NCBI RefSeq assembly: GCF_009914755.1
Contig: NC_060938.1
From: the human T2T-CHM13v2.0 reference genome, Homo sapiens
DNA length: 64,000 nucleotides
Direction: 5' to 3' (one strand)
The notes under the pieces were generated by a model. The model ran no database searches and was not told the DNA's origin. It worked only from the letters and a program-made list of their open reading frames with translations. Both the position numbers and the translations under genes were made by a program. Below, piece after piece: positions 1-18,408 of this stretch. The number at the start of each line of letters is the position of its first letter. Position 1 is the stretch's first letter.

Positions 1-5
1 ATGTA

Positions 6-9
<4 letters not shown>

Positions 10-53
<44 letters not shown>
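10..53 (+). repeat. (TG)n microsatellite
   Basis: Pure GT/TG run of about 22 units. Confidence 0.98.
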
Positions 54-57
<4 letters not shown>

Positions 58-544
58 AGCAGAACTTCATTTAGTTTTAGGGTACTTGCAGACTTATCCA
101 TTATCAGATTGCTTGATATTCTTTTTTTTCTATAAATAATCCATTCACATATTTCCTTCCTCTACAATTCTCTGGGGTTTCACCTCTCTCAAGATCTCCG
201 AAACTCAGCGCTACAGTCTTCATTTCATATAGCAATTTAACTTCCACTCATACACTCTATGGTTGCTCACTTTTATGTTTCATGGAACTCATCAATGTTT
301 TGTACAAATAATGAATCATCAGCCACAGGACACAAACTAACTGAGATTTTCAATGTTCACCTTTCCTTTTCCATTATTCACCAATCTGCTTGATGGGAAG
401 TGAATAAATACAAAGATTTATATCACCAAGCCCATTAATTACAGTATCCACTTAAATGACAGAACTAGATATATTTAGCTTAAAACACTGTTTCTCTCTC
501 TATTTAATAGCAGTCCTGACATTTAACAAAGCTTCATTCTTAGT

Positions 545-760
545 AGTAATGATGACTAGAGTAGTTAATGAGCACCTTCTCTGAACCAGGCACTGCTAAG
601 TACAATATATTCATAAGTAAAACTATTAATGGTATTTTACAGATGAGAAAACCATGACTTAAGGATGTTAACTTGCCTCCCTTCACTTAGATTTTAATTA
701 TTCTGCCTGTGATCCAAACCCATGGAACCTGATCCTCAAACACATATTCTTAACCATTAC
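545..760 (-). mobile_element. MIR SINE, degenerate
   Basis: 'ccaggcactg', 'ttttacagatgagaaaac' and 'cttaaccattac' match the reverse-complement MIR core. Confidence 0.7.
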
Positions 761-838
761 ATTGTATTACATTTGCTGATTAAGAAGAAATGTGGAGATG
801 CTTACTTGTTTGAGATCATTAATAAGAAATTATTTTTT

Positions 839-1231
<393 letters not shown>

Positions 1232-1695
1232 CTAGAGTTGTGGATGTCTTTTTTTCAATAATGATAAAGTTTAACTTTTTTCTCATTTGCTCACTCTGGG
1301 AAATGGATGGAAGTAAAATTTCACCTGATTTTTTCTTTCTGAAAATATAACCATTTATTTCTCTTCTCCCTGCTGTTCTCTCTTAGCATTACTGTGCTGT
1401 CCAGTTCTTTAATTCAGTCTCTAAATTATGGGTATAGAAAGACCTGTGATTTAGAACACAGTTGTGAGAGAAGGAAAATGAAGAACTATCATTGAGCTGA
1501 GAAAGGTTTACAAGAATCTCAAACACACATAAATCAATATTTTATATTTGGACTTGTTTGAATTACAAGAGCACAAGATTTGTGATCTTCAACATAAATT
1601 AGCCCTTCTCTTATGTTTATGTTTTTCCTTCATAATGATCATCTTGCTTGCCTTAGTCTCTTAGTCTAGGAATATGTAAGATAATTCTTAAATTC

Positions 1696-1856
1696 CTTTT
1701 TTTTTTTTTTTTTTGACAGAGTATCTCTCTGTTTTCCAGGCTGGAATGCAGTGGTACATCTCTGCTCACTGCAATGTCCACCTCCTAGGCTCAAGCGATT
1801 GTCCTGCCTCAGCCTCCTGAGTAGATGAGACGACAGGCACACACCACGCCCTGTTG

Positions 1857-1896
<40 letters not shown>

Positions 1897-2027
1897 TTTG
1901 TAATTTTAGTAGAGACGGGTTTCACTTTGTTGGCCAGGCTGGTCCTGAAATCCTGGCCTCAAGTGATCCATCCACACTGGCCTCCCAAAGTGCCGGGATT
2001 ACAGGTGTGAGCTACAGTGCCCAGCCA
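1696..2027 (-). mobile_element. Alu (S/J-type) with (TAT)n expansion in the central A-rich linker
   Basis: Poly-T start, Alu arms, (TAT)n at ~1860-1896. Confidence 0.95.
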
Positions 2028-2384
2028 AAAAGTTCTTGCTAATAAAATTGCAAGCTTGCTAAACAGGCAAGTTTTGGCAAACTGGCATAATCATTTTTTT
2101 TCTTGACTGCAGTTTTATATTGTACTTCTTTTGTAAGCATCATCACTTAAACTACTTCTGATATTGTAGTTTATTAATATATAGAAGTCAATATTGATCT
2201 GGACATAGCTTTTTTTTTACTGTTATCTAGACTTATCTAATCAATTTTAATATGTTTCTATGCTGTTGTCTACAGTAAAGAACTTTGAGTTTATACATGT
2301 ATTTAAAAATAGGTAAAGTCATATTTTATTTATATTATAGTTTATTGATTGCTTTCATTTTTCATGATAACACTTTACATATCT

Positions 2385-2610
2385 TGGTAGAATAAAAAGA
2401 ATGTAAGAATTCCAGGCACAAGAACAAAGCCCCAGGTCAAATTTTTCATTTTCTTTCTGTGTTTCCTTGGGCAAGACACTTCATGACTAAGTCAATTTCC
2501 ATTTCTAAAATGGATTTTATAATCCCCCCCCACAATATGTTTTGACAAATTAGGTAAAAAAAGTGCTTTCTTCTGCAAATAGCAAGATGCCTGGCAAATG
2601 TTACATCATT
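2385..2610 (+). mobile_element. MIR SINE, degenerate
   Basis: 'ccttgggcaag...atttccatttctaaaatgg' resembles the MIR core. Confidence 0.55.
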
Positions 2611-2864
2611 ATTTTTTTAAAAATCTTGTATGTTTATAATTTATAGAATGTAATATATAGCTTATACTTTCCTGTATTTGTATGTAAAAATACACAGACA
2701 TGCAAGCTCTACAAAAGTTCAAGGTATAAGTCGCACTGAGATATTAAGAACAGATAAGGTATTGCTTTGTATTAATATGTAATTTATTTATCTTTCAACA
2801 ATATAATTATACTTATTTTAATATGTCATATTCTGTAATCTTTCTGGCCTCTGGTACTAAATTA

Positions 2865-3878
<1,014 letters not shown>

Positions 3879-5154
3879 ATTTTTTTAAAACTCAAACTTC
3901 TATTATGTCTGCTCATTTCATATTTTTCCTTTCTTGATACTTAATTGTTCCTCTGTTTTTAATTGTGTTTTTGTTCCTGTTATACAGGCAGACAGCTTAT
4001 GATTTGCTACTATAGCTTCTCAAGTTGAAACTTGTATCTGCCTGATATATTCAGATTTTGAAACAGTGTTATTTACTGAGAAGGAAGTAAAGTTGATATA
4101 ATATGTATCTCCTGAACTCATTGTAAGGAAGCCTTCAGGATTTTCAAGAAAAACAGCAACACTGAAAAAAGTTTAAAAGGTGATATAACTTATTGGCTTA
4201 TGATTCAGGTGCTTAGGTACTTAAGCACCTCATCAATCTCACTTTGATTTTCAACATTTCTCTTGGTGTCTGGGCATCTAACTACATCTCTTTAATTTTT
4301 ACAAGGCTTCATTGCGGTGATCCAGGACATTAGATCTTCCCATTCTAGGCAACTAATGACAGTTCTTTTTCAGTTTTGGTTTTGCTGGTAACATGAAACA
4401 AAACTTCAATAAACATTCATTCTTTGGTTTTAATGTTACCTAAAATGTAATAAAGAGAGAAATATTTGAAATTCAATTCAGATATTATCAAAGCACTACA
4501 CAGGAAAAGAAGGAAAATGATTAGGAAAAGAGATAAATGACAAGCTACATTTCTATTTCATGATTATCTCCCCCTCTTCGAGGAAAACAAAGTCATCAGA
4601 CAGAAAAGACTTTCATTAGCATTTTTGGACTAAAAACGAGTTTTAATTGTGTTTCCTATTTTAGTAACAAGCGCATTCTTCACAAGATATATAAACTTTA
4701 TGAAAGCCATGGTCTCTGTTTATATTATGAAGTGATGAGAGATTTGGAACACTGAAACTCAGCAAACCTTCCTTAATACACTCTAAAGCCTGTGTAGATG
4801 TGAAAGAAAAACAGTTTTAAAATCAATGTGTTAGGAAAATATCTTGGAGTCAAGATACAAAAGTCAAGCTCTCGCAGTATTAAAAACACTTAAAGCCAAA
4901 TATGAATTGTTAAGCCAAGCAAATGCCATGCCTTAACCAATCAGACCTAAACAATGACTAGAGCATTATGTGAAATTCAGGAGGTGCACTATAAATGAAT
5001 AATTAGTGACTGTCAAATGCCAGCCATTGACACACACTGGCATTCAATGGCAGGCTAAAGCAGGCATTTTGTTAATATGCTTAATATAAAGATTTCTAAG
5101 TTTTGGATTTGGGACCTTTGAAAAGAGTGCATATTCACATAGGGAAAGATAATT

Positions 5155-8100
5155 ATTGATTATTTTGAATTATCTTCAACAATTTTGAAATAAGTTTAGA
5201 TTTACAGAAAATTGCAAAAATAGTACAGAGAGTTTCCTTATACCCTTTACCCAATATCCAACAATTTTTACAGCTTACATAACAGTAGTACAACATAAAT
5301 ATCAGTAAAATTACATTGGTACAATGTGGGCGTACAGTTCTGTGGAAAGATAAGTGCCATTTTATCACATGTGTTGATTTCTGTAACTACCACTGCACTC
5401 AAGATACAGAACAATTTCACCACCAAAAGGATATATTGGTGTCATCATTTTGTGAGTTTAAATAAAGTGTAAGATGTTACTTTACATTAATTCCATTTAC
5501 CCTCTCCTGTTTATAATTGTCTTTAATATTTTTCTACATACATGAAGATCTATATCAGCTAAGAATATATTTTTATTTCTACCCTCAAACATAATTTAGA
5601 AAACAGAAGAGACGGAAAAAGTATTGTGTTTACTATATTTTTTGTTCTCTCTATTGTTTTTCTTTTCCTTGATGTTCCAAAACTCCTTATTTTGTTGTCT
5701 TTCTCCTGGAAAAGCCTCCTTCAGCTATCTTTTTAGGGGTATTTGCTGATGACAAATTATCTTAGATTTTTTTTATATGAGAATGTCTTCATTTGCTCTT
5801 CACTTCACATGAATACTTTTTTCCGATGTATAATTTACAGATCTTTCAGTATTTGAAGTATGTTGTGAAGTATCATTTTGACTCCTATGGTTTATGATGA
5901 AGAATCCACTTTAATTCAAATAATTAAAAGCAAAGTATTGTTTCTCCCTAGCTAATTAAGACTTTCTCTTTGTCTTCAGTTTTCCTACATTTGGTTAAAA
6001 TATATCTTGAAATGGATTCCTTTGGGTTTAACCTGTTGTTAAACCTGTCACCATTTTGAATCTTTAGATTAATGTATCTTACCAAATTTGAAAGATTTTA
6101 GTCATAATTTCTTTGAATTCTTTTCTGAACCATCTTTTGTCTCTCCTTCTGGGATTCTGGTAAAAAGATTATTTTGTTATTGTTTCCCAGATTCCTGAGG
6201 GTGTGTTGTCTCTTTCATTTTTTTTCTATTCTGTTTTTTTTCTATTGTTTATTTCTGTTGAATTATTTCTGTTGTTCCATCTTTAAGCTTCCTGTTGCTT
6301 TCCTTTATTCTCTCCACTCTTCTGGTTAGCCCATCCACTGAGCTTTTAATTTTTATAGTAGTTGTGCTAGAGTTTATTATATACACTTTTAATTAATATA
6401 ATTCACCTTCACATAACACTGCATCATTTCACATGTAGTGCACATACCTTATACAGAGTATTTCCAATTCCTCCTTTCTGTACCTTATGACATTGCTGTC
6501 ACTCATCTTATGAGTTCTATTTTATATGCATTCATTTATTGCTCCTGTTTTTGTTTTGCAATTATATTTTGATCAAATAAGAGTAAGAGAAATGAAAGTT
6601 TACACTGATGTCACTTTTTTCTTTTCAGGTATTCCCCCTTTTTAAATGTAAATCTGATTTTTTTATTCATATCACTTCAATTATCCCTGAATTATTTAAT
6701 TCAACATTTCTTGCAAAGAAAGTCTGTTGGTGATCAATTCTCTCAATGACTGAATAAGTTTTGTTTAAGCTGCGCTCTAAAATAATATTTCACTGGATAG
6801 AGAATTCTACGCTGCAGGTTTTGCTCTTTTAACACTTTACATATTTCACTTTACCCTCCTTACCCACATGGTTGCTGAGAAAATGTCTCGGTACTTCTTA
6901 TCCCTTATCCTTTTTCTCCTGTATTTTTCTCATCTGTGGCTTTTTTAAAGATTTTTCTCATTTTTAAATTTTTAATGATTATGGGTATATACTAGTATAC
7001 TGGTTGTATATATTCTTGGGGTACATGTGATATTTTGATGCAAGCATATAGTGTGAAATATTGAAATCAGGGTAACTACAGTTGAATATGATTTTCCCAG
7101 GTGGTGCTGTTGGGCTTTGGTTGTTTTCTTGTGTGGTCTTATTCTGCGTATTTTATTTGAGCATCCTACATCTGTGATTTTGTGTCTGTCATTAAATTTG
7201 AAAAGATCTAGAAAATTATTATTCCAAGTATTTCTCCCACTCCTCTCTTACTTCTCTTTCTGCTATTCCAATTCTTACATGTTACAACTTTTGAAATTGT
7301 CCCACAGTCCTTGGATGTTCTGGTATCCTGCTACCTCCCCTACCTTTTTTTACTCTTTGTATGTTTCAGTTTGGGCACTTTCTACTGATGTATATGCAGG
7401 CTCACTGATAATTTCTTTGTGTCCAGTCTACGGATAATACCATTAAAGAATTATTTCTCTTGGATTCTGTTTGATTTCTAACATTTCATTTTAATTGATT
7501 CTTAATGTTTCCATCTCTCTGCTCCCAATACTTGTCTATTATTGACTGTCTTCTAATTGTTTTCCATGGCATTCCTTAATATATTAATCACAGTCATTTT
7601 AAATTCTGTATCTTGTAATATCTGCATCATGTGTGAGTCTGATTCTGTTGATTCCCTTGCCCCTTTAGATGATTTTTCCTTGTGTTTTGGCATACCTTTT
7701 AGATTTTTGTTGAAAGTCATGTGTATTTTATTGCATGATAACCACTGAATCAAGTAGGCCTACAGTGTTAGAGTTATTAGGAATTTCCCCAGCAGTTGAA
7801 CTGTATTTAATATCTGCTGTAGCTCTGGGTGTTGGTGACTTCAAATTCCTCCAGTGTCCTTGTTTTTGTCACCACTCTTGATTTCGTCTTACCTAAATAC
7901 TTCTTTTACAGATATAGTCTTTGTCTTTTACCTCTTTCAGCTATAATCCTTTGATATTATATTGGAGCCCTGTTTGTGTGGTGACAAGTACTGAGGAGAT
8001 GAAGTGTTCAATAATCGTCCACTTACATCTTATTGTTTCAGTGGGACTGTGTTTAGAAGCTGTGAATTTACAAGTGTTTTCCCACTGGAATAGCTTTTTC

Positions 8101-8340
8101 CTTCCGGTACCTCACTCTCTTCCCTTTCTGCAGTTTTCCAAATCTATTTATTTGAAGCCCTGACCTTCGTTAAACATTTTTTCACCCTTAGGTGAGACAG
8201 AAAAGCTAGAAGGCACTGGACTCAGAGCAATTACTTCTCCCAATAGGAAAAGTCTCTGGCAAATGCATCAGCCCCTGTAGAGAAGCCACTTATAATGGGG
8301 AACTCTCTGGGTGTATTTTACAGTGGTTATTCTTCTCGTG
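5155..8340 (-). mobile_element. Ancient L1M (L1MC/L1MD-like) fragments, with a small L1MA-type 3' piece at ~6960-7075
   Basis: T-rich; 'tttagatttacagaaaattgcaaaaatagtacagagagtt' L1M 3' end; ORF1/5'-like decay further right. Boundaries approximate. Confidence 0.7.
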
Positions 8341-9909
8341 CCTCTGACAGAGAAAACCAAGAAATTAAAGAAGAGGGCTGAATCCACTCATACTGGATGG
8401 AAGAAGAAAAGATGACTTATCTGCTGAGAAGCTTATGAGTGGCTACAAGGTAAGAGATGGTGAGATTATTTGCTGAGAATGAAAGGATTGTTGTCAGAGG
8501 CAGTGGGTATAGGATAAGAGACAGCAAGGAGGTATTAAAATCTCATGGAGTGGAGTGGGAGAGGTAGGTGGATGATACAGACACAGAGGACTAACCAAGA
8601 CAGCACTGAGAATTGCTGATGCTGGAGACTGGTTATTAATAGTAGCACAAATGTCTAAGTTTATTATGCTGATATAAATTAGGAAATGCATACAGCACTG
8701 TACACACACAAAGAAAGACCTCAAACACTTTAGAGTGTGTGTGTATAAAGAGAGAGAGGGAACTAAAAGAAAGAATGTATATAACTCATATATTCTTTCA
8801 TTGGATGAACACTTACTTAGTGAAACTTTGTTACAGGCACAGTATGAGAAACTGAAAGTATGCTTTTGGACAGGAAGGATCTGACCGCTCCTCTTTTAGT
8901 TTTCAGTCTAGAAAAGAAGACAATTAGTATCTTTGGTATTGGAATTATAGTTCTTATATTTTCATATCTTCTCTATTATCTCAAAAAAGTATGCATTTTT
9001 AATTAGAAAAATAACAAAATGTATTAGACTTAAAGTGTTATCTTTCTGATACCAATTGCTCAAACCATTGAATTTTTCAGCTCTAATTAAGGTGTACTAT
9101 ATCTTGAAAGGCAAATTCCAAGGGTATTTTCTACAATTCCAATGACAGGCATGTTAAACATCTAACCAGATGTATTTATAATAGTATTAGCTCTTTTATT
9201 CATTATAACAAATAATCTACTGTAAGTGTCTCATATTAAATATGCCTCAAATAATTGAACCTTAAAACTTTTTGTATGGCTTTTGAATATTTGGAGTAGA
9301 CCAAAAAATAGTATTAATAAGGGCTATACATGAAGAGAAATCAATTTGAAAAGAAGCAACTAAAAAAAAGGACCTTAAATTCTAAAGAAACTAAATTGGT
9401 GAAAATTATGTATAAAAAAGTAAAATTTTAAAATACATGATAAAATATTAAAATAATATTAAGATGAACTATTACATTTAAAAACTGAGGTCACAATATA
9501 ACATTTTTTTACATAGTAAATTGTATGAGATAGGAAATTGAAATGGAAATTCAGTATTTTCAAATTTAGATATTTCTTTGAAACCTCAAAATAGCCAAAA
9601 GCCCCTCATATTCTCTGTTAATGTGATATGTATTTTATTGAAATCTTAGGAAACATGAAATGTACTTAATGTAAATTCTTGAAATGTTATTTTAACTATA
9701 GCATATTTTGATATTTTGAAAGGGAATTCACTGATTCATATTAAAACCATTTTTCAAGTTTATATGTGTTTATAAATTGCAGTTTGAATTTTTAATAAAG
9801 CAGTTTTCAAAATCGAACAGAAAGTAACTTACTCAAGATTTAGCATATTTGTTTGCATAATATTTACTATTTATATACTGGTTTTCTTTCTTTTTGATGG
9901 TGAAAAGTG

Positions 9910-13088
<3,179 letters not shown>

Positions 13089-13251
13089 ATTCGGATATCG
13101 TTATTGTGTCTAATTAGGTTTTATAATCTGAAAATAAAGAAACACTTATAAAATTAGTTATTCACAATTTTATTTAAACCTAGAGTAAATTTTACTTTTG
13201 TTGCATTTCACAAATTGTATCTACACTGGAAATGATTTATTTAAAAATTTA

Positions 13252-13565
<314 letters not shown>

Positions 13566-13659
13566 TGAAAGAACCATATGGAAAATATATGTATATAAGC
13601 AAAATCTCTCTGTTAGTCTTATAGTTCTTTCCTAAAGCAGAATAAAGCATCTGCCAAAT

Positions 13660-13980
<321 letters not shown>

Positions 13981-14232
13981 GAAGCATCTGCCTATCAACC
14001 AAATGACAGTCATTTGTCATTTCACCCAGAATAAATATATTTTGAGACCCTAGTTTCTCTTACAGCTTAGGTCCCAGAAGTGAATGTATAAACTCAGTCA
14101 GCTAAAAAAAAAAATAATAAAAACATAAGAACTGTGAATACGAAAATTTTTTGGAATGTTCAAAAAAGATATCACCTCCATATACATCCATGTTCATCAT
14201 CTTATTATTATTGGCTCTTGAGTTGCCAGTTA

Positions 14233-14293
14233 TTAGGTTTGTGAAAAGGCAAAAGTAATGACAAAAACTACAATTACATTTGCACCAATATTA
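14233..14293. mobile_element. MADE1 (Hsmar1 MITE), partly deleted
   Basis: 'ttaggtttgtgaaaa...aaaaactacaattacatttgcaccaata' matches the MADE1 TIRs. Confidence 0.7.
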
Positions 14294-14322
14294 ACAAGTG
14301 ACGTCTTCTTTAGAAATAATGT

Positions 14323-14395
14323 AATTTTTTTTTTATTTTCAACTTCTAATTTAAGTTCAGAATGTACAGGTTTGTCATAGGTAAACATGTGTAAT
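14323..14395 (-). mobile_element. L1 extreme 3' fragment
   Basis: Poly-T then 'ttaagttcag...caggtttgtcataggtaaacatgtgt'. Confidence 0.7.
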
Positions 14396-14849
14396 GTTTC
14401 TTGAATTTACTAGTTCATAATACCTTGGCAATAATTGCATACTTCGATATAAAACCTATTTTATTATGTAGTTTTGAGTATATTGGTGGTTATTTTAACG
14501 AAATTGGTTACGCATGATGCTAAGTTTACTATAAGCTAGTTTACTATAAGCCAAGTAAATGTGTTCTGTTGTATAACAACAAACTTTGTTTCCTGCTTTA
14601 GACAAATCTTTTCACCTATATGTAGTATTTACCATAACAGGAATAAAATGTCAAAGACAATTGGGTGAGTACAAATCTTTCATTATTATAAAATACAATG
14701 TTAATACTAAATTATTTGATAAATTCAAGTCACATGTGTCTAACCACTAATGTAAATTATAATGTTATAAAAGAAAGTGGAAAGAAAATACATCTTTGTC
14801 TTAGTATTTATTTTACCTGACATCAGAGAGTCAAGTCTCTAATCATCTA

Positions 14850-15072
14850 CCTAAAATAGAGCATTCCTAATCACTCCTAGTCCTTTAACTTTTAATTTTT
14901 CTTCTTAGCACTTGCCCCTGTCTAGTATATTAGATATATGATTTCCTCCTCTTCTCTCTAGAATGAAAGCTGCTTTGGAGCAGGCCTTTCCTCTTTGTTC
15001 ATGGCTGTTTCTCTGGTCTTTAACATGTCTGACACAGAGTTTCTGCACAATAAGTATTTTGAATTAATAAAC
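14850..15072 (+). mobile_element. L2 3' end
   Basis: 'ctagaatgaaagct...ctgacacagag...caataagtatttttgaattaataaa'. Confidence 0.6.
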
Positions 15073-17032
15073 AAATTATTCATCATCTTACCTACAAAGA
15101 TAAAAGCGTTTTTAAAAAATGACTTTTGCTACAAAGTTTCAGGATATATACACATTTCAAAAATATTTCAATATATAAATTTACAGTTTCGCAAGGCTCA
15201 ACTAAAATTAGACTGCCAGCCTACTGAAAATTGTACAAAATTAATATCACAAGACTAACATGTCATCTAGACCATTCGTTTATTATCACATGATTGCATA
15301 TGCATTGTAATGGGATCGATACATTAAACTAATCTAATAAGGATTCTTGTTTTTTCTTCACACATTATTGCTCTATGAGTATTTTTATCTGGTTTGAAGT
15401 ATGGATTATTTGAATACACATTGCTTTTGCTCTCCCTATTTGATAACATAATTGGAAATATTACATCTAGCTGTGAAGACTTGCTTACCAAGAAATATTT
15501 AAATAAGTCATGTAATTGCAGCTGCAGTTGCCACTGTAAACAGAGAACAGAGTTCCATTTAGAGACAATACACAGGAGATTGGCCTTTCTAAAACCTTTT
15601 CATTTTTAATCAACACTTTCAGAGTTCAAATTGTGTGTGCTTGTCTGCTCCAGAATATTACTTCATATTAACAAAAATGTTAAAGGAGAGACTTGAACTG
15701 ACTCCCCTTTGTCCTCCAGAACTTAAACACTGGTTTAAATCTCATAAATTTTCATATCACATGCTTTTACAAGTAACTCTGTGAGTATTTGTGAGAATTG
15801 TTCCCTGTGACAAGTGAAAACAAGAAAGATGATTTGAACAAAATAATTTATATATTTATATTTCTTGGGTAAAATCCAATATTTCCAGTCTAAACTAAAA
15901 GCTGTTTTGATTGCAAACAAAATAGTTGACTATGCAACTTGTGTTTGTTGTTTTAGTTCAGCAGTAACCATTATGTTTTTTTATTCATAATCACAATTTT
16001 AAAACACACAGTCTTCTCTACACCTTCACTCAAGAATAAACTATCCTGTATTTATATTTTCAAAGAAGATTTGGCAATTCCTTTATCACTTCATTGTCTT
16101 TCCTCACTCCTAAACTGCTTCAGATTGAAAGAATAAAGTCGTTCGAAAAGGGACATGACCAAAACTATAAAAACTTAACTCATTTCCATTTTCAGAGAGA
16201 TGGCAGAAAACCAAAAAAAACTCATCTGTTATAGATATCCTAAAAAACTAAATTTTTCAAACGTAAAATATATTCTAGAGCTACATAAAATGTAAGGTAA
16301 TTCTCCAAAGCCAGAAATAATGAGAAATCATAAATCTAGACACTATGCTGGTGTTTTTTGCTAGAGGCATCAACCACTACCTGGTAGTTAAGCACACAGG
16401 TTTTAAAAGATCCAGAGCTGAGAGGAAAGGGAACAGGCCAGGGTCCATGGAAACATGGGAAGTTGAAATAAACGTTAAGCATTAAAAAAAAAAAAAAAAA
16501 AAAAAAGGTGATTTGCTAACGCAATAGGCAACAATACCAGTGAGTGAACTAGGAATTGACCTAGTTGAGAGAGATCATGATATTTGCCTCTCTCTGTCAG
16601 TTCAATGTGAGGGGAAAATTTGCAAAAATTTCATTCTGATAATTATAAATCATAAGCTATGCCTAATGGAAATTTGTAGCTCTAATTTTAATTTCTCTGC
16701 ATCCTAAACAATAACCCACTGCAAAATTTAAGTCCTTTTAATTACCAAGCAGAAACATTTCTTCAATAGAGTTATTTCATATTCAGGTTTTAAAGAATAT
16801 CACAGATAAATTTTAAGGAAGATAATAACCTCAAAATAATCAGATAAATAAATAAAACACACATGAAAAAAACAACCACTATGACTGAATGCTCGGAGAA
16901 ACAATCAGCTGCATAATCATGCACAAAAGATTGTATATGTTGGACCTATTGTGTATATTCTATAGAACTTAGCTATAAACTTATTAATTAATTTAGTAAA
17001 AGAAGGAGATTTAAAATAAAATAGATACTCAT

Positions 17033-17755
17033 AAATAGCCAATCATATTTGAGAAAGAACCAATTTGGAAATATCATATTACTGGACTTCAAATTGTACT
17101 ACAAGCCTGTAGTTACCAAAACAGCATGGTATTGGTATAAAAGTAGACATATAGACCAATAGAACAGAATAGAGAACACAGAAATAAAGCCAAGTACTTA
17201 GAACCAACTGATCTTTGACAAAGCATACAAAAACCTAAATCGGGGAAAGGACACCGCATTCAATAAATCATGCTGGAAAAGCTGGCTAGCCACATGTAGA
17301 AGAATGAAACTGGATCTTTATCTCTCACCTTATACAAAAATCAACTCAAGGTGGATCAAAGACTTAAAATCTATGACATGAATCAATAAAATTCTAAAAC
17401 AACCTATGAAAAACTCTTCTGGACATTGGCCTAGGCAAAAAATTCATGACTAAGACCTCAAAAGCAAATGCAACAAAAACGAAAATAAATAAATGGTACC
17501 TAATTAAATTAAAAAGCTTCTGTACAACAAAAAAAGCAATTAGCAGAGTGAACAGATAACCCACAGAGTGGGATAAAATATTTGCAAACTATGCATCCAA
17601 CAAAGGACTGATATCCAGAATTTACAAGGGATGCAAACAGGCAAGAAAAAAGGAAAACAAATAATCACATAAAAAAGTGAGTAACTAACATGAATAAACA
17701 TTTATCAAAAGAAAGTATATAAATGACAAACATGAAAAATTCAACATTACTAAAA
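17033..17755 (+). mobile_element. L1 (L1PB/old L1PA) ORF2 3' fragment; probable older L1M remnants upstream (~16190-17030)
   Basis: 'aaaacagcatggtattggtataaaa', 'ctatgcatccaacaaaggactgatatccagaat'. Confidence 0.88.
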
Positions 17756-18120
17756 ATCACATAAGTAATACAATTAAATATTAACTATAAAATCATAATG
17801 ATAATATAATATCAAATTTATGGTTTCATAAAGAAAAGGTAGAACTAGAATGTTAGACAATATTAGATTACATTTTCTACATGTCTAGAATAATGACTGA
17901 CATTGTAAAAAGAATGAAGGGGGTCATGTAAAAAAACAAAGCGAATGTCCTTTAACTCTTCGGGAGAATGATAAATACATTGATGGATGTTAAAATTCTG
18001 TAGAGTAAAAAAATACTCTTTCTGGAAAAGATCTATTTCCCTGGATCAGGTTGACAAAATAGGGAAAGAATTCTCTAGACTTCTCTAGCAGTAAAAATGT
18101 TAAGCACTAGAATTTTTCCC

Positions 18121-18248
18121 CTTTCTCCTCTCTCTTTCTTTCTTTTTCTCTTTCTTTCCTTCCTTCCTTCCTTCCTTCCTTCCTTCCTTTCTTCCTTCCT
18201 TCCTTCCTTTCTTTCTTTCTTTCTTTTCCTTCTTTCTTTCTTTCTTTT
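18121..18248 (+). repeat. (CTTT)n/(CCTT)n polypyrimidine microsatellite
   Basis: About 128 bp of only C and T. Confidence 0.95.
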
Positions 18249-18408
18249 AAATGTAATTCATTTCAGCTCTCTAGTGTAGTTCAGTAGGTACTCTATGGTA
18301 AATCAGAAGTATATCCTATAACTGTATTCCTAGTTTAGAGTGAAAATCACAAGACATAAATGATTTCAGTGAAACAAGGATGCCTTGAGTAACAAATCCT
18401 CTGCTGGG

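Noticed and set aside
1825-2042. Poly-Tyr / poly-Leu ORFs
   Set aside because: Translation of the (TAT)n microsatellite inside an Alu.
3981-4050. Hairpin caggcaga...tctgcctg as a pre-miRNA
   Set aside because: Only 8 bp of continuous pairing; the rest of the stem is poor.
14523-14551. Direct repeat agtttactataagc x2 (similar small duplications at ~59851 and ~60873)
   Set aside because: Ordinary microduplications; no spacer array, not CRISPR-like.
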